56,945 nucleotides of DNA, filler included, from Asterionella formosa (GCA_002256025.1; 5 parts of 5 records of this genome joined end to end with filler, not necessarily neighbours in it); one strand, 5' to 3'; positions 1-11,710 are shown, counted from the whole stretch's first letter. The notes: generated by a model not told the origin, from the letters alone. A program made the numbers and translations.

Positions 1-1
1 C

Positions 2-81
<80 letters not shown>
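1..81 (+). repeat. (CAA)n microsatellite, 27 units, at contig start
   Basis: Perfect CAA run at 1-81; probably the cause of the contig break. Confidence 0.97.
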
Positions 82-82
<1 letters not shown>

Positions 83-211
83 TCCACTACACTACACTAC
101 CTTATACTGGCTATGGCTTTGCAATGACTGCAAATTCTAGAAAAAGAAAAAGACTAGTAAGATTACGCTATTGAAATGATTAATATACCAGTAGTCTATT
201 CACTTGATGCT

Positions 212-3200
212 TTACCAGAAGTGAATTCGCCCATAGCACTCAGCCTCACCTAGAACTCCAACAGCCCTTTCATCGTAGTATACAGCCTCCGATGATTGGC
301 CTCCATAGAATAGTTGGTCTTGGATTGGCAGGAAACTGACTCCAATTTTGCTCTTCTTTTGCCTGGATTTGTCAATAGTGGATGATTCATCTGTTTGGAC
401 GACTCTCCTTGATCGTAGGCGGCTAAGTGCACCAACCAGACCATTTCCTACTTGCCTGGTTTGAACAAAGCGACCACCATCATTGAAAGTAGCATCACCA
501 TTTTCACAGAGTCGTAAGTTGAAACCACTGCTTGAATATGACTCCGCAAATCCAGAGCCTCGAACAACATTAGTTCGTGCTAGTGGGTAGGACATTACAC
601 TTCGCACTCGTGATCCTTGCATCTTCAAACTACGATTCTTTACCTCCATCTGTTGAACATCTTGTTTCATCACACTAGCGGCTCCAGTGAAGACTGTCAA
701 TTCATGGCCGTATGTGCTCAGTAGACTCTCCACCATTTCACGAAGCTCTCCTAGGCGGCTTCCCGCGTGGTCAGTAGTGACCTTGCGAACAAGGTCTGGG
801 AGCGGAACGCTGGATACCATTCGTTGCATTGTCAGCTGAAGCAGATCTCCCAAGACTCCAGCCATGACTTTTGCATGAGACGGTAGTTCTTTTGAAAGGC
901 GCAGGAATCCTTTTGCATTGATGAGTCTGTCAAGCACGTTGAACCAAAGTTGAGAGCCGTGCTCCGAGTGGGGTGAGGATACACCAGAGTTTCTTTCACA
1001 GAGGTCCAAAGCCACCACCAGCATTTGCTTTAGTCCTTCGACTTCTTTTTCTTGTCTCACCTGCTGTGCGATTGTCTGGGCAATTTCTTCCTTTTGCCAG
1101 TCAGACATGAACTGGCGAGTTGACACAGGTTGTTTGAAGACATCGGTTCCCATCCCACGAATGGTTCGCTTTAATCCCATCATGCGACCCTCAAGAGTCT
1201 GCAAGATGAGTTGCAAGGCGCTTGAAACATTTCCCATTTTCTCGAGCAAGTACGCAGATGCATCAGCAATATCATGTCGTTGGCACAACTTCAGGCACTC
1301 TTCAGCTCGGTAGTTGTCGTGCGTTGAGAGGTATTGATAAACCATGTTGGGGTGTAGATTTGCCATCAATCCGAGATATGTTTGATGATGGTCCATGGTA
1401 AGGTTGGCACTTAGCACAGAACCAGCGACTACATCGATCTTACCGAGGTCTCCGGATATGATTGCATGAAGGAACATGAATTGAGCAATCCCTTGATCGC
1501 TCATGTCGAATGACCTCACAACATCATCCAATTCTTCAATATACAATTCTGCAACAAGCTGTGCTGCGAGGATCGCGTCTAGATTTACAAGTTCCGTGAG
1601 CTTTGATGCAAGGGCAGATCTAAGTCCGGGAGCGTCAGAATCTTCTCCAGAATTCGAGCCGGCGCATTCTTTCTTGGCATAGTCGAATACCTCAAGCTTG
1701 AACTCGGTGTCGTCGTCGCCGAGGTAGCAATCGATTGCTTTCCTGAAATGATGAGCGCGACGGTCTTCATTCTCGGTGCGTTGGTGCCATGCTGAAGCAC
1801 CTTGCTGGTGAAGAAGGAGGGCGACTCGATGAATACCAGCACATTCTACCATGCGAAGAACATCCTCTGGTTCGTATGCATTTCGGGGAAGTGCTTGTAG
1901 CAAGGCAATAATTTGATCTTGAGCGAGTTGCCTTCTGTCTGCGTTTGCACCACTTTCATAAAGTTCTGCCAGTCTCGACAAAACCAAAAAAGTGGTCGAC
2001 TTATTCGCCCGAACTACACCATTTATGAGATAAATCGACATGAAATCAAGGAAAGCGTTTACCGACGCTCGTGATCGGCTCAGAGTGCTCAAGGTATCAT
2101 CCTTTCCATCCGGGAAGAAAATTGACGAAAGCATGGAGATGATTTGCTGCCGATCTGGTCCTCGATGATTGCCACTTATTTCGTTTCTACTGTTCTTTCG
2201 GCACTGGTATGAGGTTTCGGTTCCAACTTCGACTTCCCATCCCCCAATCGATTCAAAGTTTGAATCTGATGCCGCGAATTCTTCATCTGGCGCGTCCAAA
2301 GCAAGACTAATTGTCTCAAGGACTGCTCTTGTGTCCACCATCAAAAGGATATGGATGTAAGGATACGAAAGTTTGCGGTATCCAATCACAGAGCTTATCG
2401 CATTGCCGGATTGAAAGTTACCTGAAGTGGTGTAAGTTTCCTTTTGCAGAAACTGAAGCACTTGAGGTCGAATGGTCCCCAGCTTTTTCTCAGGTGTTAG
2501 TACTGTGCCTTGGGGAAATGATAGTCCTTTGAAGACGTGTTGAAGATATATAATAGCCTTGTAGCCCAACCTTTCAAAACTGTTAGCTGGGATGCCATCA
2601 GGGCGCCTTTTTTCCGTAGTTCTTTCATCGGCAGCATCGAAAATCCGTTCCAAAATGATCTCCAGAGGTGTGACAAAATCGTCCAGTCCGTGAGTAAAAA
2701 CATGAAAGAGGGCAGAGTACATTTCATTCCTTCGAAGTAAGGAAATGATAGTGTCAAAGTCCATGATTGTTACATTCATGTGAAGTAAGCATCTTTCAAC
2801 CGTAGCAATTCCGTTGGTCGCTTTACAATGTTCGACAAAATGAGACATAACCTCTGGTGCAATATAATCCAACTTGTCATTTAGAACATAAGGCTCCATT
2901 ACATCGAGAAAGACAGATGTGTAACCAACGGAATGGAATCGACGAAAAATTGGTCCAAAGAGGAGGTCCAATCTTCGAATAACTACACAAAACTCCACAC
3001 AAACACCAGCTAGCATCTGAAAATGGCTTTGAGCAAGATCCAGTCTTGATGATGGTATCCCAGGATCAGCGTCAGGGGCATTATCCACGGCAAGGTTGAG
3101 ATAGCGCATAAGAAGTTTGGCAATCCAGTCTTCGTCGTCAGTAAGCTGAGCACCAGAGAATTCAGGATGCTTTGACAAATCCTTTGTCCCTTCTGGGTTG

Positions 3201-5410
3201 CGTTTCCGGTCTTCTTGACTCTTGATGGTATTCTCGTAGTGGTCCAAAGCCAAAGCAAGTGCCTCCAGCCACTCGCCGTCTTCCTCCAATGCCGATATTC
3301 TTCGTTTAGCGTTGAGTATGGACACATTTTTAACCTCTTCTTGGCAGAGTACCAACAATCGGTTGTCGCTGCATATAAAACTGTTCTGAAAGGTCATGCA
3401 AATCGGAGCAGGATTATGCTTCAATCGATCCATGAGCAATTCTGATTCCCCTTCGTGTATTGCGACAACTCGACTGAGAGCGAACTCTGCGTAGATGAGT
3501 TTGAGGCCTGAAAAGTCTAATCGTTCCAGCATAGTCATCATAACTGTGTCAACAACTGTAAATTCGTTAGTCACCGTCAGGTACACCAGCGAGCGTTCTC
3601 CGAGCCACTCGAGAGCGACTACTGGTGCTGGGGTGTCAAATTCGTCGTGGATGCCAAACGCAGGCCAATGAAAGACTTCGCCACCATCATGATCTAATAT
3701 TGGAAAGCTCGCTCGCAAGAGTTGCAAGCAACATCCCCAGGATCGAGCCAAAATTGGAGATACCACACCACCCCCTCCAGACACCAACGACCAGCCCCAA
3801 GCCAAGCAAGGCAAATAGCTCTGCCCTGTTGATAAGTCCAATTCTGAATTCTTGGGTTGAATACGGTCATCTGGTGGCTTGGACCATCTATGCAAAACGC
3901 TGATACTAGGTTCAACTGCCACTGCAAACGACGATCGTTCCGATGATAAGGCGATCAAGACAAGCTTGTGCAGCAAAGGTGGCATGTTCAGTTTCGGGGC
4001 ACCTGCCTTGATTGGTTTCTGAACGTACGGTGGCAAAACATGGGTGGCTAGGATTTGACCCGCCGTTCCATCCAACAAGCATTCAGTATCCATCGAATAT
4101 GCGGACCACAATATGTTCTTGGAAAAAGTCAATTTGTTGACCAATCCACCTGCATCTACAGTAACTACCTTCAAGTCCTTGTCTGTCAAGAACCGAACCG
4201 AAGTAATGGGAGAGTGGTGAACGTCCACCATGGATTTGATAACGACACCTCTAATCACATCCCATAAAACCAAGAACCCAGAGGTATATCCAGCCAGCAA
4301 CGCTTCGCCATTTCCAGAAATGGCCAACGAAGTTATCGAACCAGTTTGTGAACTGTTCCATAGACCACCATCGACCATGACAGATCCATTTTCTGGAAGA
4401 TGCCGTCCCAACTGATGCCGCAAGACTTCAAACAGATCAAATACTAGAATCATACCTCTCTGCGTGCCAATAGCAATAAACCTCGAGTTGACCGCCAATG
4501 CCGTGGGCAAACCAAATTCTGTCATGCGCGACTTCGATAGCAAAGTTGCCGACAGGGACGGCATAGTTTTATTTTCCACAACACTGGAAAATCCAAATCG
4601 CGCCACTTGGGTGCTGGCAAGTTTTGTCTTTTCTTGTGGGGCATCTTTGCGTTGTCGCTGTTGCATTTGTGAATTGACTTGCAACCGAGGTCTTAATCGA
4701 CGTTTCACCATTAGTGGCGAGATAATGTCGCGGTGACCTGGTCGGAGCAAGCGCTTTTCATACGATTGTGCATTTATCAGAGCAGCCTCTGTTCTACCTT
4801 CATATTCTTCGTCGTTAAGTTCTACGACGTTAAGTTCAAAGGATTTTGAGTCCCCAAGTGGCGAAATAATATCAGGTTGTTTCATGCTTTCCGGAATGAG
4901 ATTATCGGGCTGGTCATAAACTGCGCGCGATCCAGTCATGACTGGCGTATCCGAGTCCTCCACAGATAACTCCCAAGGATCAGCCCCGTATGCATGTTTT
5001 GGTGTCATTGTTTCTCTCTTCTCCATGAACGCATCATCTTCGTCGTCGGATTGAATCGAATTCAAAATCGCATCAACGTCCATGGTCTTCGATGATCGAT
5101 GCAGATGAATCGCAGCAGTCGCCTCCACCCATTCTTCCATGTCGTCTTCTTCCCCTAAAATCTGTTGTAGCACAGCCCAGTCATCAGCATTGTGTGACCC
5201 TGTCGTAAATTTGCCATCCCCGACTTGCTCATGTCGTTTCAAAAAGGTGGCACTGGATATTGTCGAGCCAGAAACCGTCGCAGTGTCATTGCGAGCTTCC
5301 CCGCTCTCGTCGGTTTCTTCCTCTTCACGTAGGATGCGTTCTAGATCAACGTTGCTATTTTCGGATTCTTCACCAGAATCCGAGGCGTCGAGGATCGCTT
5401 GCAAATCCAT
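212..5410 (-). CDS. VPS8: Vacuolar protein sorting-associated protein 8 (CORVET subunit), single exon, 1732 aa
   Basis: Acidic N-terminus; WD40-like propeller (GLPTALAVNSRFIAIGTQRG, AGYTSGFLVLWDV); Vps8-type block (GEWLEALALALDHYE, VEFCVVIRRLDLLF, FLDVMEPYVLNDKL); clathrin-repeat-like DASAYLLEKMGNVSSAL. Confidence 0.88.
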   Translation of the reverse strand: MDLQAILDASDSGEESENSNVDLERILREEEETDESGEARNDTATVSGSTISSATFLKRHEQVGDGKFTTGSHNADDWAVLQQILGEEDDMEEWVEATAAIHLHRSSKTMDVDAILNSIQSDDEDDAFMEKRETMTPKHAYGADPWELSVEDSDTPVMTGSRAVYDQPDNLIPESMKQPDIISPLGDSKSFELNVVELNDEEYEGRTEAALINAQSYEKRLLRPGHRDIISPLMVKRRLRPRLQVNSQMQQRQRKDAPQEKTKLASTQVARFGFSSVVENKTMPSLSATLLSKSRMTEFGLPTALAVNSRFIAIGTQRGMILVFDLFEVLRHQLGRHLPENGSVMVDGGLWNSSQTGSITSLAISGNGEALLAGYTSGFLVLWDVIRGVVIKSMVDVHHSPITSVRFLTDKDLKVVTVDAGGLVNKLTFSKNILWSAYSMDTECLLDGTAGQILATHVLPPYVQKPIKAGAPKLNMPPLLHKLVLIALSSERSSFAVAVEPSISVLHRWSKPPDDRIQPKNSELDLSTGQSYLPCLAWGWSLVSGGGGVVSPILARSWGCCLQLLRASFPILDHDGGEVFHWPAFGIHDEFDTPAPVVALEWLGERSLVYLTVTNEFTVVDTVMMTMLERLDFSGLKLIYAEFALSRVVAIHEGESELLMDRLKHNPAPICMTFQNSFICSDNRLLVLCQEEVKNVSILNAKRRISALEEDGEWLEALALALDHYENTIKSQEDRKRNPEGTKDLSKHPEFSGAQLTDDEDWIAKLLMRYLNLAVDNAPDADPGIPSSRLDLAQSHFQMLAGVCVEFCVVIRRLDLLFGPIFRRFHSVGYTSVFLDVMEPYVLNDKLDYIAPEVMSHFVEHCKATNGIATVERCLLHMNVTIMDFDTIISLLRRNEMYSALFHVFTHGLDDFVTPLEIILERIFDAADERTTEKRRPDGIPANSFERLGYKAIIYLQHVFKGLSFPQGTVLTPEKKLGTIRPQVLQFLQKETYTTSGNFQSGNAISSVIGYRKLSYPYIHILLMVDTRAVLETISLALDAPDEEFAASDSNFESIGGWEVEVGTETSYQCRKNSRNEISGNHRGPDRQQIISMLSSIFFPDGKDDTLSTLSRSRASVNAFLDFMSIYLINGVVRANKSTTFLVLSRLAELYESGANADRRQLAQDQIIALLQALPRNAYEPEDVLRMVECAGIHRVALLLHQQGASAWHQRTENEDRRAHHFRKAIDCYLGDDDTEFKLEVFDYAKKECAGSNSGEDSDAPGLRSALASKLTELVNLDAILAAQLVAELYIEELDDVVRSFDMSDQGIAQFMFLHAIISGDLGKIDVVAGSVLSANLTMDHHQTYLGLMANLHPNMVYQYLSTHDNYRAEECLKLCQRHDIADASAYLLEKMGNVSSALQLILQTLEGRMMGLKRTIRGMGTDVFKQPVSTRQFMSDWQKEEIAQTIAQQVRQEKEVEGLKQMLVVALDLCERNSGVSSPHSEHGSQLWFNVLDRLINAKGFLRLSKELPSHAKVMAGVLGDLLQLTMQRMVSSVPLPDLVRKVTTDHAGSRLGELREMVESLLSTYGHELTVFTGAASVMKQDVQQMEVKNRSLKMQGSRVRSVMSYPLARTNVVRGSGFAESYSSSGFNLRLCENGDATFNDGGRFVQTRQVGNGLVGALSRLRSRRVVQTDESSTIDKSRQKKSKIGVSFLPIQDQLFYGGQSSEAVYYDERAVGVLGEAECYGRIHFW

Positions 5411-5979
5411 GGTGGAATCAACTTGTTGCTTACAATCAACCTCCTTTTTGCGTATTACTCGGCATGCAGCTACCGAACCTGGTAGTACCCTGGTACCAGG
5501 TACTCCCGAGTACCTGCGAAGTTGGGGTAAAAGACGGTTCTTACTATAAGGGAAACAAAAGCTAAACTTCTCATTTCCGCAACTTGCTCTACGGTAAAAT
5601 ATGCAGCTACCACATGATACATATCATAGCTACATGGGTACCTGGTACCCATACACACTGAACACACACCAGCACCCCTCATAATGGTGACTTGTCGTGA
5701 TGTGTATGAAAACGCATGGAGTACCTGTACCTGGTAACCATACAGGCATGTTCATACGTTCATACTGTATACCGGTATACAAACAACCAGCTTCTCTACC
5801 GGTAATATTATAGCAAAGAGTACCTGGTACCACCAGCTAGTACCATCAACAAAGAAAGATTTACCAGTCTATTACCGGGACACCGTTTCCTTATCGTTTG
5901 CATACATGGCATCAGCAACTGTGAGCCAACATAGACATCACTGATACTCTTCGCTTTGCCCGCTTCTCCCCTCCTCGTC
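5411..5979. promoter_or_regulatory. Probable bidirectional promoter between divergent VPS8 and DDX41
   Basis: 569 bp between two head-to-head start codons; dense in TACC(W)GGTA/GGTACC palindromes. Confidence 0.6.
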
Positions 5980-7965
5980 ATGACAGCAGAAAATGAAAAG
6001 CTAGACTGGAAACGACGCCGTGAAGCGCGTCAGCGTCAGCGTCAACACGAAACTGAAACTACTGAAGCTGAGGCATTGACGGAAACCCTTAGTGATGGTG
6101 ACACCAGGATTGCAACGACGTATCAACCGTTCATATCAGCCGCCAAACGAAAGCGCTTGGAGCAAGCTGCATTGCTGGAAGAGCGTAAACGATCGAAGCA
6201 GCAATCTGCGCTGTCTGAATCGGAAGGTCACGTCGAGGAGCTTAAATTAGTCGTTGATGAAGCGTCCGACCAAACTACTGAAGGAGCACAAATTGAAGAT
6301 CGCGACTCCGCTCAGCAGGCAGCCCAAGAACAGAAGTACTCTCTGCTTGACCAGGCGGCTGACTTGCACATGAATTTAACGGACGGACAACGCAAGGAGC
6401 TATCCCGCAAGGAAGAAGAAACACGAATTCTTAAGGAAGCGAGCAAAGTCCAAACGAACGCGTTGCAGGCAGCATCCGAGGTGGCTGCGGGTGTCACGTA
6501 TACGACTCCCATGCCATCCACATGGACCGTTCCAAGATATCTGCTTGACCAAGGTCCAGAGGTGTGGCGCAACGTACGCCAGGAGTGGCACATGGAAGTT
6601 GAAGGCGATGACATTCCTCCACCAATGAAACGCTTCAAGGATATGAAATTTCCCTTGCCAATTATTACGGCCTTGAGAGAAAAGAATATTCAAAGACCAA
6701 CTCCGATTCAAATGCAAGGACTTCCAGTAGCTTTGGCAGGCCGAGATATGGTAGGGATTGCGTTTACAGGATCAGGCAAAACCGTTACTTTTTCTCTTCC
6801 ATTGGTCATGGCCGCGCTGGAGGAAGAGTTACGCATGCCCCTGGTCGCTGGTGAAGGACCAGTGGGATTTATTCTGGCGCCCTCGCGAGAATTGGCAAGA
6901 CAAACTTTTGACGTTGTTAGGGACTTCATGCAGCGGATTAGCTCGGCACCGGCGTATCCAGAATTACGAGCCCAATTATTGATTGGTGGCGAAAATGCAA
7001 GGGAACAAGTCAAGATGATTCATGAACGTGGGGTCCATGCAATTGTGGCTACGCCAGGCCGGATGAGAGATTTACTTAAGAGAAAACAAATGAATCTAGA
7101 AATTTGTCGATACTGCTGCTTGGACGAAGCTGATAGGATGTTGGATTTGGGATTTGACGAAGAAGTTGGAGAAATAATGAATTATTTTCCTCACCAACGT
7201 CAGACGCTATTGTTCAGTGCCACTTTTCCTCAGAAATTTCAAGACTTTGCAAGATCGACGTTAGTGAAGCCTATCGTTGTGAATGTAGGTCGAGCCGGAG
7301 CAGCGAACTTGGATGTAATTCAAGAAGTGGAGTATGTCAAGCAAGAAGCAAAAATTGTGTACTTGTTGCATTGTTTACAAAAGACCGCTCCGCCCGTAAT
7401 AATCTTTTGCGAACGTAAATCAGATGTCGACGACATTCATGAATATTTACTCCTCAAAGGAGTGGAAGCAGTTAGCATTCATGGTGGAAAGGACCAAGAA
7501 GAACGCAATGAAGCAATCGCCATGTATAAAGTTGGAAAAAAGGATGTATTAGTAGCTACTGATATCGCAGCAAAGGGCTTGGATTTCGCAGATATTCAGC
7601 ACGTTATAAATTTTGACATGCCATCCGAGATTGAAAACTACGTTCACCGCATCGGACGCACAGGACGTTGCGGAAAGACCGGAGTGGCAACCACTTTTAT
7701 CAATAAGTCATGTGAAGAAACAACACTGCTGGATTTGAAGCACCTATTACGTGAAGCGAAACAGCGGATTCCGCCAGTCTTGCAAATGTTGGATGACCCA
7801 AGAGGAGACGCATCTGCTGGTAAGGAAGCTGGAGGCTGCTCCTTTTGTGGTGGGTTGGGTCACACCATCGTGGATTGTCCCAAGATTGACAAAGATGCTC
7901 GACGTGTCGCTGGAGGACACAAGGATGCTCTTGCTACAGGTGAAGGATATGGTGGAGATTGGTAG
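5980..7965 (+). CDS. DDX41: DEAD-box RNA helicase DDX41/abstrakt (RH35-like)
   Basis: First ATG at 5980. Motifs GIAFTGSGKT, PSRELARQT, ATPGR, DEADR, SAT, HRIGRTGRCG; the DDX41-typical GRAGAANLDVIQEVEYVKQEAK; C-terminal zinc knuckle CSFCGGLGHTIVDCPK. Confidence 0.95.
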   Translation: MTAENEKLDWKRRREARQRQRQHETETTEAEALTETLSDGDTRIATTYQPFISAAKRKRLEQAALLEERKRSKQQSALSESEGHVEELKLVVDEASDQTTEGAQIEDRDSAQQAAQEQKYSLLDQAADLHMNLTDGQRKELSRKEEETRILKEASKVQTNALQAASEVAAGVTYTTPMPSTWTVPRYLLDQGPEVWRNVRQEWHMEVEGDDIPPPMKRFKDMKFPLPIITALREKNIQRPTPIQMQGLPVALAGRDMVGIAFTGSGKTVTFSLPLVMAALEEELRMPLVAGEGPVGFILAPSRELARQTFDVVRDFMQRISSAPAYPELRAQLLIGGENAREQVKMIHERGVHAIVATPGRMRDLLKRKQMNLEICRYCCLDEADRMLDLGFDEEVGEIMNYFPHQRQTLLFSATFPQKFQDFARSTLVKPIVVNVGRAGAANLDVIQEVEYVKQEAKIVYLLHCLQKTAPPVIIFCERKSDVDDIHEYLLLKGVEAVSIHGGKDQEERNEAIAMYKVGKKDVLVATDIAAKGLDFADIQHVINFDMPSEIENYVHRIGRTGRCGKTGVATTFINKSCEETTLLDLKHLLREAKQRIPPVLQMLDDPRGDASAGKEAGGCSFCGGLGHTIVDCPKIDKDARRVAGGHKDALATGEGYGGDW

Positions 7966-8286
7966 TACCAGGTACTATCTTTCGTCAAAACAAATTAAAA
8001 GCTGGTATTGAAACCGCCGACATGACAGAATTGAAGCATCACCACACCATCCAGGCATTGGATGTAGACCTGTAGTTGTGTGGGTACAGATAGGAAACGT
8101 TCAATGAGTCATATACCAACCAGATTCCTGGTACCTGGTACCGGTATTTCTCGTAATACTGTACCCGGTACTCCGGACTCCGGAGCATGAATTACTCCTA
8201 CTGAAGGTAAGACATGACCAAGGGTGGAGACTGCCTGCGAGTACACAAGATTACGAGTAGGCAGACTCCTCCCGAGTAGGGTCTTA

Positions 8287-9279
8287 GGGCCGTTCTTATC
8301 ATTCTGTTATTTGTTGTCATTGGTGTATCATCGCCGAAATATGATACAAAAATGGCGGTTTGGTTTTTTTGTGTGTATCACCAACGGTTTTTTGTCTGAT
8401 CACCGGTGTATCATGGGTGTATCACTGATACAGTTTTTGGACCCCTGACCAATGCTGTATCACTGATCAAGCCATTGATCACTGTGTATCACGTCCGTTG
8501 CCACTGATAAAATAACTGTAGACATGCCACTGCCAACTATATAATCTATTTTGTGGATGGGAAAATCAACATCAGCAACACAGCGCAACTTGAAAATGCC
8601 ACTGGTGCAATCAATTGATCTAATGGCGTCTATAACACAAAGACTAACCTAACACCACTTTTTGCAAGCACTTTTGTCATATAATAGTAATATTGTAGTC
8701 GTATTAGCAGTCATAGCTTTAGTCGTTGCTGTAACAAATCAATAGCTCTGTTTGCAATCATATAAAATGACGAATGTTCCTCTTCTACATTGTTGATTTG
8801 TAATTTCTTATGCAATTTTAAAGATATATCTATATTTCCTTTTCTATTGCATTGTTCGTACAATGATATCTTAGACCGCAAAAGCGCAGCGACTCCTTTG
8901 CCATTTTGATGGAGAAATAGCTGATTATCGACATGGTCAATGTGTTGACGAGTCTCTCAATACCTGGTACCAGGGGCTAGTAGCATGTACCGCACAGGCT
9001 CCGTAAGATGATATGATATTTGTTTTTTATTCCGGTTGTTATTTTTATTTAAGCTACGCATATGCATATTACTGCTCATATATATCTAGATGCTCGTAGC
9101 TGGCCTGTCACCGTGGTTGACAATCCTTGTTACTCCATGATACACTGTGATCACAAATTAGTGATACAGTGACACTTTTGGAATGAATGAAATTCAGTTC
9201 AAATCGAGTTACCGTTGCTGATGCATTTTCAAAAAAATTCAAATTTCGTGATACACGAAAAAAATGATAAGAACAGCCC
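8287..9279. mobile_element. Non-autonomous PIF/Harbinger-type MITE, 993 bp
   Basis: 17-bp TIRs GGGCCGTTCTTATCATT (8287-8303) and AATGATAAGAACAGCCC (9263-9279), 1 mismatch; TTA target duplication at 8284-8286 and 9280-9282; many subterminal GTATCA/TGATAC motifs; no long ORF. Confidence 0.88.
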
Positions 9280-9329
9280 TTAACTTGGCAATTCACAAAA
9301 CTAGCTGTTGGCGTGCTTTTCGCCACTAC

Positions 9330-9900
9330 ACTGCCCTTTCTGTTAACATTGAAAACTTATTTTAAATAGTCTGTATGTTGGATGCGAACTAGCCAATTGC
9401 CCTTCATATAAAACATATGTTGTATATTTCATAAGTAGAGTTTCTTTATTACTCAATCCTGCAATTGCCCATCATATGAAACAAATTTTGAATATTTCTT
9501 ATGCTCCATTTTTGGACTGCCAAACTACCTTCAATATATTCAATAGCCCATAGATTTGCCTAACGAAATGGACTGCCGTTTATTTAAGGGAAATGGATTA
9601 CTGACATCTATTGCCCCCTATGGACTGCCATTTACTAAAGGAAAATGGACTGCCGAAATTGGAAGGGAGTAGGATGAGCTACGTGAAGGCACAAAATGAT
9701 GGTTTTCTGTAAAATGTCCATGGCAATTTCACTTTTTACATCCCTTCTATCTTCCAGCATGCTCCAAGGTATAACAACTCTGTTCATTGATGTCTCAAAC
9801 ATCGACTCTTTATCAAATAGATCTGGCTTGTTGTTAGATAATTCGACTTCTTATGGGATTCATGTGGTCGCATCATGCTTGCTTTGTCACAGTGGTGCCA
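9330..9900. repeat. Terminal region of a second repeat family with reiterated (A)TGGACTGCC/ATTGCC motifs
   Basis: TGGACTGCC recurs near 9513, 9569, 9621 and 9646; 9720-9880 is homologous in inverse orientation to about 55630-55800. Confidence 0.5.
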
Positions 9901-11329
9901 AAATTTCGGTTCCCTTTTCTGTTGATTTCTGATAGCCTTTCCGGTCAACTCCTTTGCTAGATTTGATATGCAGTGATAAATAAATTAATGATTGCTGTTC
10001 AAAAGCGACCTCAATCAGTCATTAAGTATCAAAACTCAAAACATTATGGTAGGTCAAAGTTAGGCTTCCATCTTGTCATTGAACCGGTATTTTCGTCAGA
10101 TATGATCAGCCATTAAATTTAAACTCTAATTTTGTAGTATGTTTTCTACGTGTCCTACACTATCTCAAATCAGATCTTGGCAGCAAGTTTTAGTGCTCAT
10201 GTGCTGGCTTTTTTCCGCTGCTCAACAATAGTATTGTTTCATTGCTTTCTAATCACAATATTACTTTTGTTACTTCTATATAATCATCTGCAATGACAAC
10301 AAAAAGCTGTCAATCTCAATGAGCTATCGCGAAGTCAGCAAAGCAGCCAGGAACATGATGGAACCAGTGTTCTGCATGAACTCATATTCAACAAGGAACA
10401 GAGGACAGGTGTGTGCTTGTTGATTGTTTGACTTCCCACCATGGTTGAGCATGCTAATAATAATACATAATATCTCTTTCTCTTCAGAGCGTTGATGAAG
10501 GCACCTGTCATGTTACTCCTCCACTTCTTGACAATGCCAACAAATCACCATCCACTAGTCAAACCCTTGTCCAATGAGGCGACGTATATTGCCAGTTGAC
10601 TGTTATTGTTTTTCACCAGGTATAAAATACACGCACTGACATTATTTGTTTCCGTTTCTTGCTTCCCAATGCTAGCAAAGCCACATAATTTGAAACTTGC
10701 ACAAAGATTGTAAAGTCTTCAGGATGCCAACAATGTTGGCAACATGTCTTGCCAGCACCAACAAAATATCACTCCATTGCTCCCTGTCATCCTATTCAAA
10801 CTTGTCCTCCTAAAGTTACAAAGCCACAAACGCCCACATTAGCCAGTAAATTTTTCGATGCATCCTGCTCCTCTTCCTGCCGGATACTACCTCCTGGTAC
10901 CAGCAGCCTGCATCCCCAAGCACCAAACCTCCACTATCAACAAGCTGTTGCTCCTCCGCCACCTCCATCACCACAACTCAAAATCAATCCAGAAACCACT
11001 CCCTCCAAATCTATTCATGCATGGGTTTCTGCTGCTCCAGGCCCAATCTGAACATTTCTGAAATTTCGTTGCGATGCAAAAAAGCGTGAGTTGACATTTC
11101 TTGTTAATGAAATGCGTTGATAATTTTTCACACCATTTTTCCGCTGACCCATTTTCTTTTTCATTTTTATTCTATTCCCTGCTTGTCATTTTCACTTCTT
11201 ACCTTTCGATTTCCATTTCATACTTTGGTTGCTTAACAACATCGTGTCGAATTTTCGATGCTTGGTACAATCATTTTTGTGTGACTATTTTTCTTGCATT
11301 TACCGGTACTGGTATATTCGGTGGTCCAT

Positions 11330-11429
11330 NNNNNNNNNNNNNNNNNNNNNNNNNNNNNNNNNNNNNNNNNNNNTTAATTAATTAANNNNNNNNNNNNNNN
11401 NNNNNNNNNNNNNNNNNNNNNNNNNNNNN
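11330..11429. other. Artificial contig spacer N44-TTAATTAATTAA-N44
   Basis: 100-bp spacer with stops in all six frames; identical at four places. Confidence 0.98.
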
Positions 11430-11710
11430 TTAACTACATTGCATTAGCTACTCTTAGTGGTCACCACTGTCAAATATTTTACATGGTTTCATGTATGTAT
11501 AACATGTGTACCAGTATTTATACTAAATTTTTATATGGATGGTGTCTTTTGCTATTTATTTTGGTGTCCGATGACGTCATGAAAACTATCCCTATCCCCA
11601 AATTTGAGCGGATTAGGGTCAGGGTTTCACAATATCTCCACAACCGGTTTTATTACATCACTAAGCGTGCTCCACAAAACCCGAAAAGTACGTGGAGATA
11701 TTAAGAGGTT

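Noticed and set aside
250..5565. Many short ORFs overlapping VPS8 (and likewise DDX41)
   Set aside because: Antisense or alternative-frame shadows with no recognisable motifs.
5956..5979. TTG start for DDX41 given by the ORF track
   Set aside because: Eukaryotic gene; the in-frame ATG at 5980 is the plausible start. The same applies to the TTG-started ORF calls at 16374 and 17509.
11374..11385. TTAATTAATTAA as a piggyBac target or regulatory site
   Set aside because: It sits inside N runs identically four times; it is a synthetic six-frame stop linker.
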